Shown: positions 18,909 to 22,285 of the stretch, one piece after another
Numbering within the stretch: the stretch's first letter is position 1
How the letters are laid out: each line of letters opens with the position of its first letter
DNA from: Squalus acanthias
Lineage: Eukaryota
DNA: 22,285 bases
Assembly (NCBI GenBank): GCA_030390025.1
Contig: JASTWF010000343.1
Span: 496,001 to 518,285 of the forward strand
Direction: 5' to 3'
Translations under genes and position numbers: made by a program
The notes under the pieces: model-generated
The model's input: the letters and a program-made list of their open reading frames with translations, nothing else
What the model was told of the DNA's origin: nothing
The model's database searches: none

Positions 18909-21902
18909 ACTCAACGGTTTAAATCAAACATGGTCAAAAGAACTCAACAGTTTAAATCAAACATGGTCACAGTAAATAATAATTCATATAGGTCTGAGAG
19001 TGTTAAAAAACAAGCCTGAAGGCTTTGTGTATTAATGCAAGGAGCATTCGGAACAAGGTGGATGAATTAGCTGCGCAAATAGAGGTAAATGAATACGATT
19101 TGATTGGGATTACAGAAACATGGCTCCAGGGTGGCCAAGACTGGGAACTCAACATCCAGGGTTATTCAATATTTAGGAAAGATAGGCAAAAAAGAAAGGG
19201 AGGTGGGGTAGCATTGCTGGTTAAAGAGGGGATTAACACAATTGAAAGGAAGGATATTAGCTCTGATGATGCAGAATCTGTATGGGTAGAACTGAGAAAT
19301 AACAAGGGGCAGAAAACGTTAGTGGGAGTGGTATATAGACCTCCAAACAGTAATATGTAGGTTGGGGACGGCATTAAAAGGGGAATTAGAGAAGCATGCA
19401 GTAAGGGCACAGCAGTCATCATGGGTGACTTTAATTTACATATAGATTGGGCTAACCAAATTAGTAAAAATACTGTGGAGGAGGAATTCCTGGAATGTTT
19501 ACGGGATGGTTTTCTGGAACAATATGTCGAGGAACCAACCAGAGATCAGGCCAGCTCAGACTTGGTATTATGTAACGAGAAAGGATTAATTAGCAATCTT
19601 GTTGTACGAGGCCCCTTGCGTCACAGTGATCATAATATGATAGAATTCTTCTTTAGGATGGAGAGTGAAGTAGTTGAATCAGAGACTAGGGTCCTGAATT
19701 TAAATAAAGGAAACTACGATGGTATGAGGCGCGAATTGGGTAGGATTGATTGGGGAATGTCACTCAAGGGGTTGACAGTGGATAGGCAATGGCAAACATT
19801 CAAAGACTGCATGGATGAACTACAGAATTTGTTCATCCCAGTGTGGCATAAGAATAAAACAAAAAGGGTGTGTCAACCGTGGCTAACAAGGGAAATTAGG
19901 GATAGCATAAGATTCAAGGAGAGGGCATATAAATTGGCCAGAAAAAGCGGTAACCCTGAGGATTGGGAACAGTTTAGGATTCAACAAAGGAGGACAAAGG
20001 GATTAATTAAGAAGGGGAAAATAGAATATGAAAGTAAGCTTGCTGGGAACATAAAAACTGACTGTAAGAGCTTTTATAGATATGTGAAGAGAAAAAGATT
20101 AGTGAAATCAAGTGTAGGTCCCTTGCAGTCAGAAGCGGGGGAAGTTATAATGGGGAACAAAGAAATGGCAGACCAATTAAATGCATATTTTGGTTCTGTC
20201 TTCACAAAGGAGGACACAAATAACCTCCAAGGAGATGTTGGAGAACATACGGTCTGATGAAAGGGAGGAACTGAAAGAAATCAGTATTTGCAGGGAAATG
20301 GTGTTAGGCAAATTGACGGGAATGAAGGCCGATAAATCCTCAGGGCCTGATAATCTACATCCTAGGGTACTTAAGGAAGTGGCCCTAGATTTAGTAGATG
20401 CATTGCTGATCATCTTCCAACATTCGATGGAATCTGGAACTGTACCCAGGGATTGGAGGGTAGCTAATGTTACTCCACTATTTAAAAAGGGTGGTAGAGA
20501 GAAAGCGGGGAATTACAGACCGGTAAGCCTGACATCGGTAGTGGGGGAAATGCTAGATTCCATTATAAAAGATGTAATAGCTGAGCACTTGAAAAACAGT
20601 GACAGGATCGGACAATGTCAACATGGATTTACAAAAGGTAAATCGTGCTTGACTAATCTACTGGAATTTTTTGAGGATGTAACTGGGAAAATAGATCAGG
20701 GAGAACCAGTAGATGTGGTGTATTTGGACATTCAAAAGGCTTTCGATAAGGTCTCGCATAAGAGATTAGCGTGTAAAGTTAAGGCACATGGGATTGGGGG
20801 CAAGGTCTTGACTTGGATAGAGAACTGGTTGGTGGACAGAAAGCAGAGAGTAGGAATTACTGGGTCTTTTTCCGAGTGGCAAGCAGTGACTAGTGGGGTA
20901 CCGCAGGGATCGGTCCTTGGACCCCAGCTATTCACAATATACATTAATTATCTAGATAAGGGAACTAAATGTAATATCTCCAAGTTTGCAGATGACACAA
21001 AGCTGGGTGGGAGTGTGTACTGCGAGGAGGATACCGATAAACTCCAGGATGATTTGGACAGGTTGGGTGAGTGGGCAGAAGCGTGGCAGATGCAATATAA
21101 CATGGATAAATGCAAGGTTATCCATTTTCGTGTCAATAACAGAAAGGCAGACTATTATCTGAATGGCAATAGATTGGGAGAAGGGCAAGTGCAACGAGAC
21201 CTGGGTGTCCTTGTGCACCAGTCGCTGAAAGTAAGCATGCAGGTGCAGCAGGCGGTGAAGAAGGCAAATGGCATGTTGGCCTTCATAGCGAAAGGGTTTG
21301 AGTATAGGAACAGGGATGTCTTGCTGCAGTTGTACAGGGCCTTGGTGAGACCACACCTTGAGTACTGCGTGCCGTTTTGGTCGCCTTATCTGAGGAAGGA
21401 TGTTCTTGCCATGGAAGGAGTTCAGCGAAGATTCACAAGGCTGATACCTGGGATGGCAGGAATGACATTTGAGGAGAGATTGGGTCGACTGGGCTTATAG
21501 AAGAATGAGAGGGGATCTCATCGAAACATATACAATTCTGACAGGTCTGGACAAACTAGATGCAGGAAGAATGTTCCCGATGGTCGGAGAGTCCAGAACC
21601 AGGGGTCATAATCTAAAGATAACGGGTAAGCCATTTAGGACAGAAATGAGGAAGAATTTATTCACCCAGAGAGTGGTGAACCTGTGGAATTCTCTACTAC
21701 AGAAGGTAGTTAAGGCCAAGTCATTAAATATATTCAAGAATGAGTTAGATATATTTTTAAAGCTAAAGGTATCAAGGGATTTGGGGAGAAGGCAGGTACA
21801 GGGTACTGAGTTTGGATTTCAGCCATGATCTCATCGAATGGCGGAGCGTGCTCGAGGCGCCGAATGGCCTACTCCTATCTTCTCTGTTTCTATGTTTCTA
21901 TG
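18909..21902 (+). mobile_element. CR1 LINE lacking ORF1, with complete but disabled ORF2 (EN+RT) and 3' tail
   Basis: CINARS, ITETW, YRPP, MGDFN, SDH, KSSGPD, GVPQGSVLGP, KFADDTKL and WNSL are all present. One stop (19358-19360) and frameshifts near 20230 and 21500. The tail is (TTTCTATG)2 ending at 21902. Confidence 0.95.
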
Positions 21903-21906
21903 AGAC

Positions 21907-22285
21907 ATGGCAGGGCAGATCGGCAGCGTGAAGTGCTCCTCCTGTGCTATGTTGGACGTCAGGGACACTTTAGGAGCCAAGGGAGAAGACATGTGCAGGA
22001 AGTGTCTCCAGATGCAGCTACTCGAAATCCGCGTTTCGGAGCTGGAGCTGCGGCTGGAGTCACTGTGGAGCATCCGTGAAGCTGAGATCTTCATGGATAG
22101 CACGTTTAACAAGGTGGTCACACCGCAGGTAAAGAGTGCACAGGCAGACAGGGAATGGGTGACCGCCAAACAGAGTAAAAGACCTAGGAAGGTAGTGCAC
22201 AAGTTCCCTGGGTCCACCTCTCTCTCTGAAAGATTTTTCCGTTTTGGAAACTGATGGGGGAGATGGTTCCACAGGGGACTGCAGC
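21907..22285 (+). pseudogene. CR1 ORF1 N-terminus (CxxC..CxxC zinc-finger-like plus coiled coil); the element continues beyond the window
   Basis: MAGQIGSVKCSSCAM..CRKCLQMQLLEIRVSELELRLESLWSIREAE..VVTPQ..EWVT is homologous to the ORF1 at 15730-16617. The listed ORF closes at 22254, probably through a frameshift. Confidence 0.88.

Overview
Eukaryotic, vertebrate-type genomic DNA. The repeat complement and GPCR family point to a cartilaginous fish (shark/ray), which is an inference from recalled families, not from a search. The only host gene I can support is a two-exon, minus-strand class A GPCR of the GPR139/GPR142-like group: exon 1 at 10641-10731, exon 2 at 1909-2816, joined across a phase-1 GT-AG intron to give about 332 aa. 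Its ~7.8 kb intron holds a 5'-truncated CR1 LINE and a decayed Harbinger/PIF transposon (HARBI1-like transposase plus a convergent three-exon Myb/SANT gene). The rest is nested repeats: further CR1 LINE copies (one full-length, one inserted just before another's ORF1 start codon), fragments of a second LINE family, two DeuSINE-like tRNA SINEs, another SINE, Penelope-like inverted-repeat elements with a minimal hammerhead-like motif, and several minisatellites. Four points stand out. (1) A CpG-rich 27-bp x ~20 array of YY1-type motifs lies right after the GPCR stop codon. (2) A compact ATF/Jun + NF-kB + TATA module sits at the GPCR promoter. (3) The Harbinger Myb gene starts directly behind GPCR exon 1 with a TAATG stop/start overlap, in gene-trap orientation. 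(4) A CR1-in-CR1 chimera has reversed ORF order. I see no prokaryotic-type system, and most listed ORFs are repeat artefacts.
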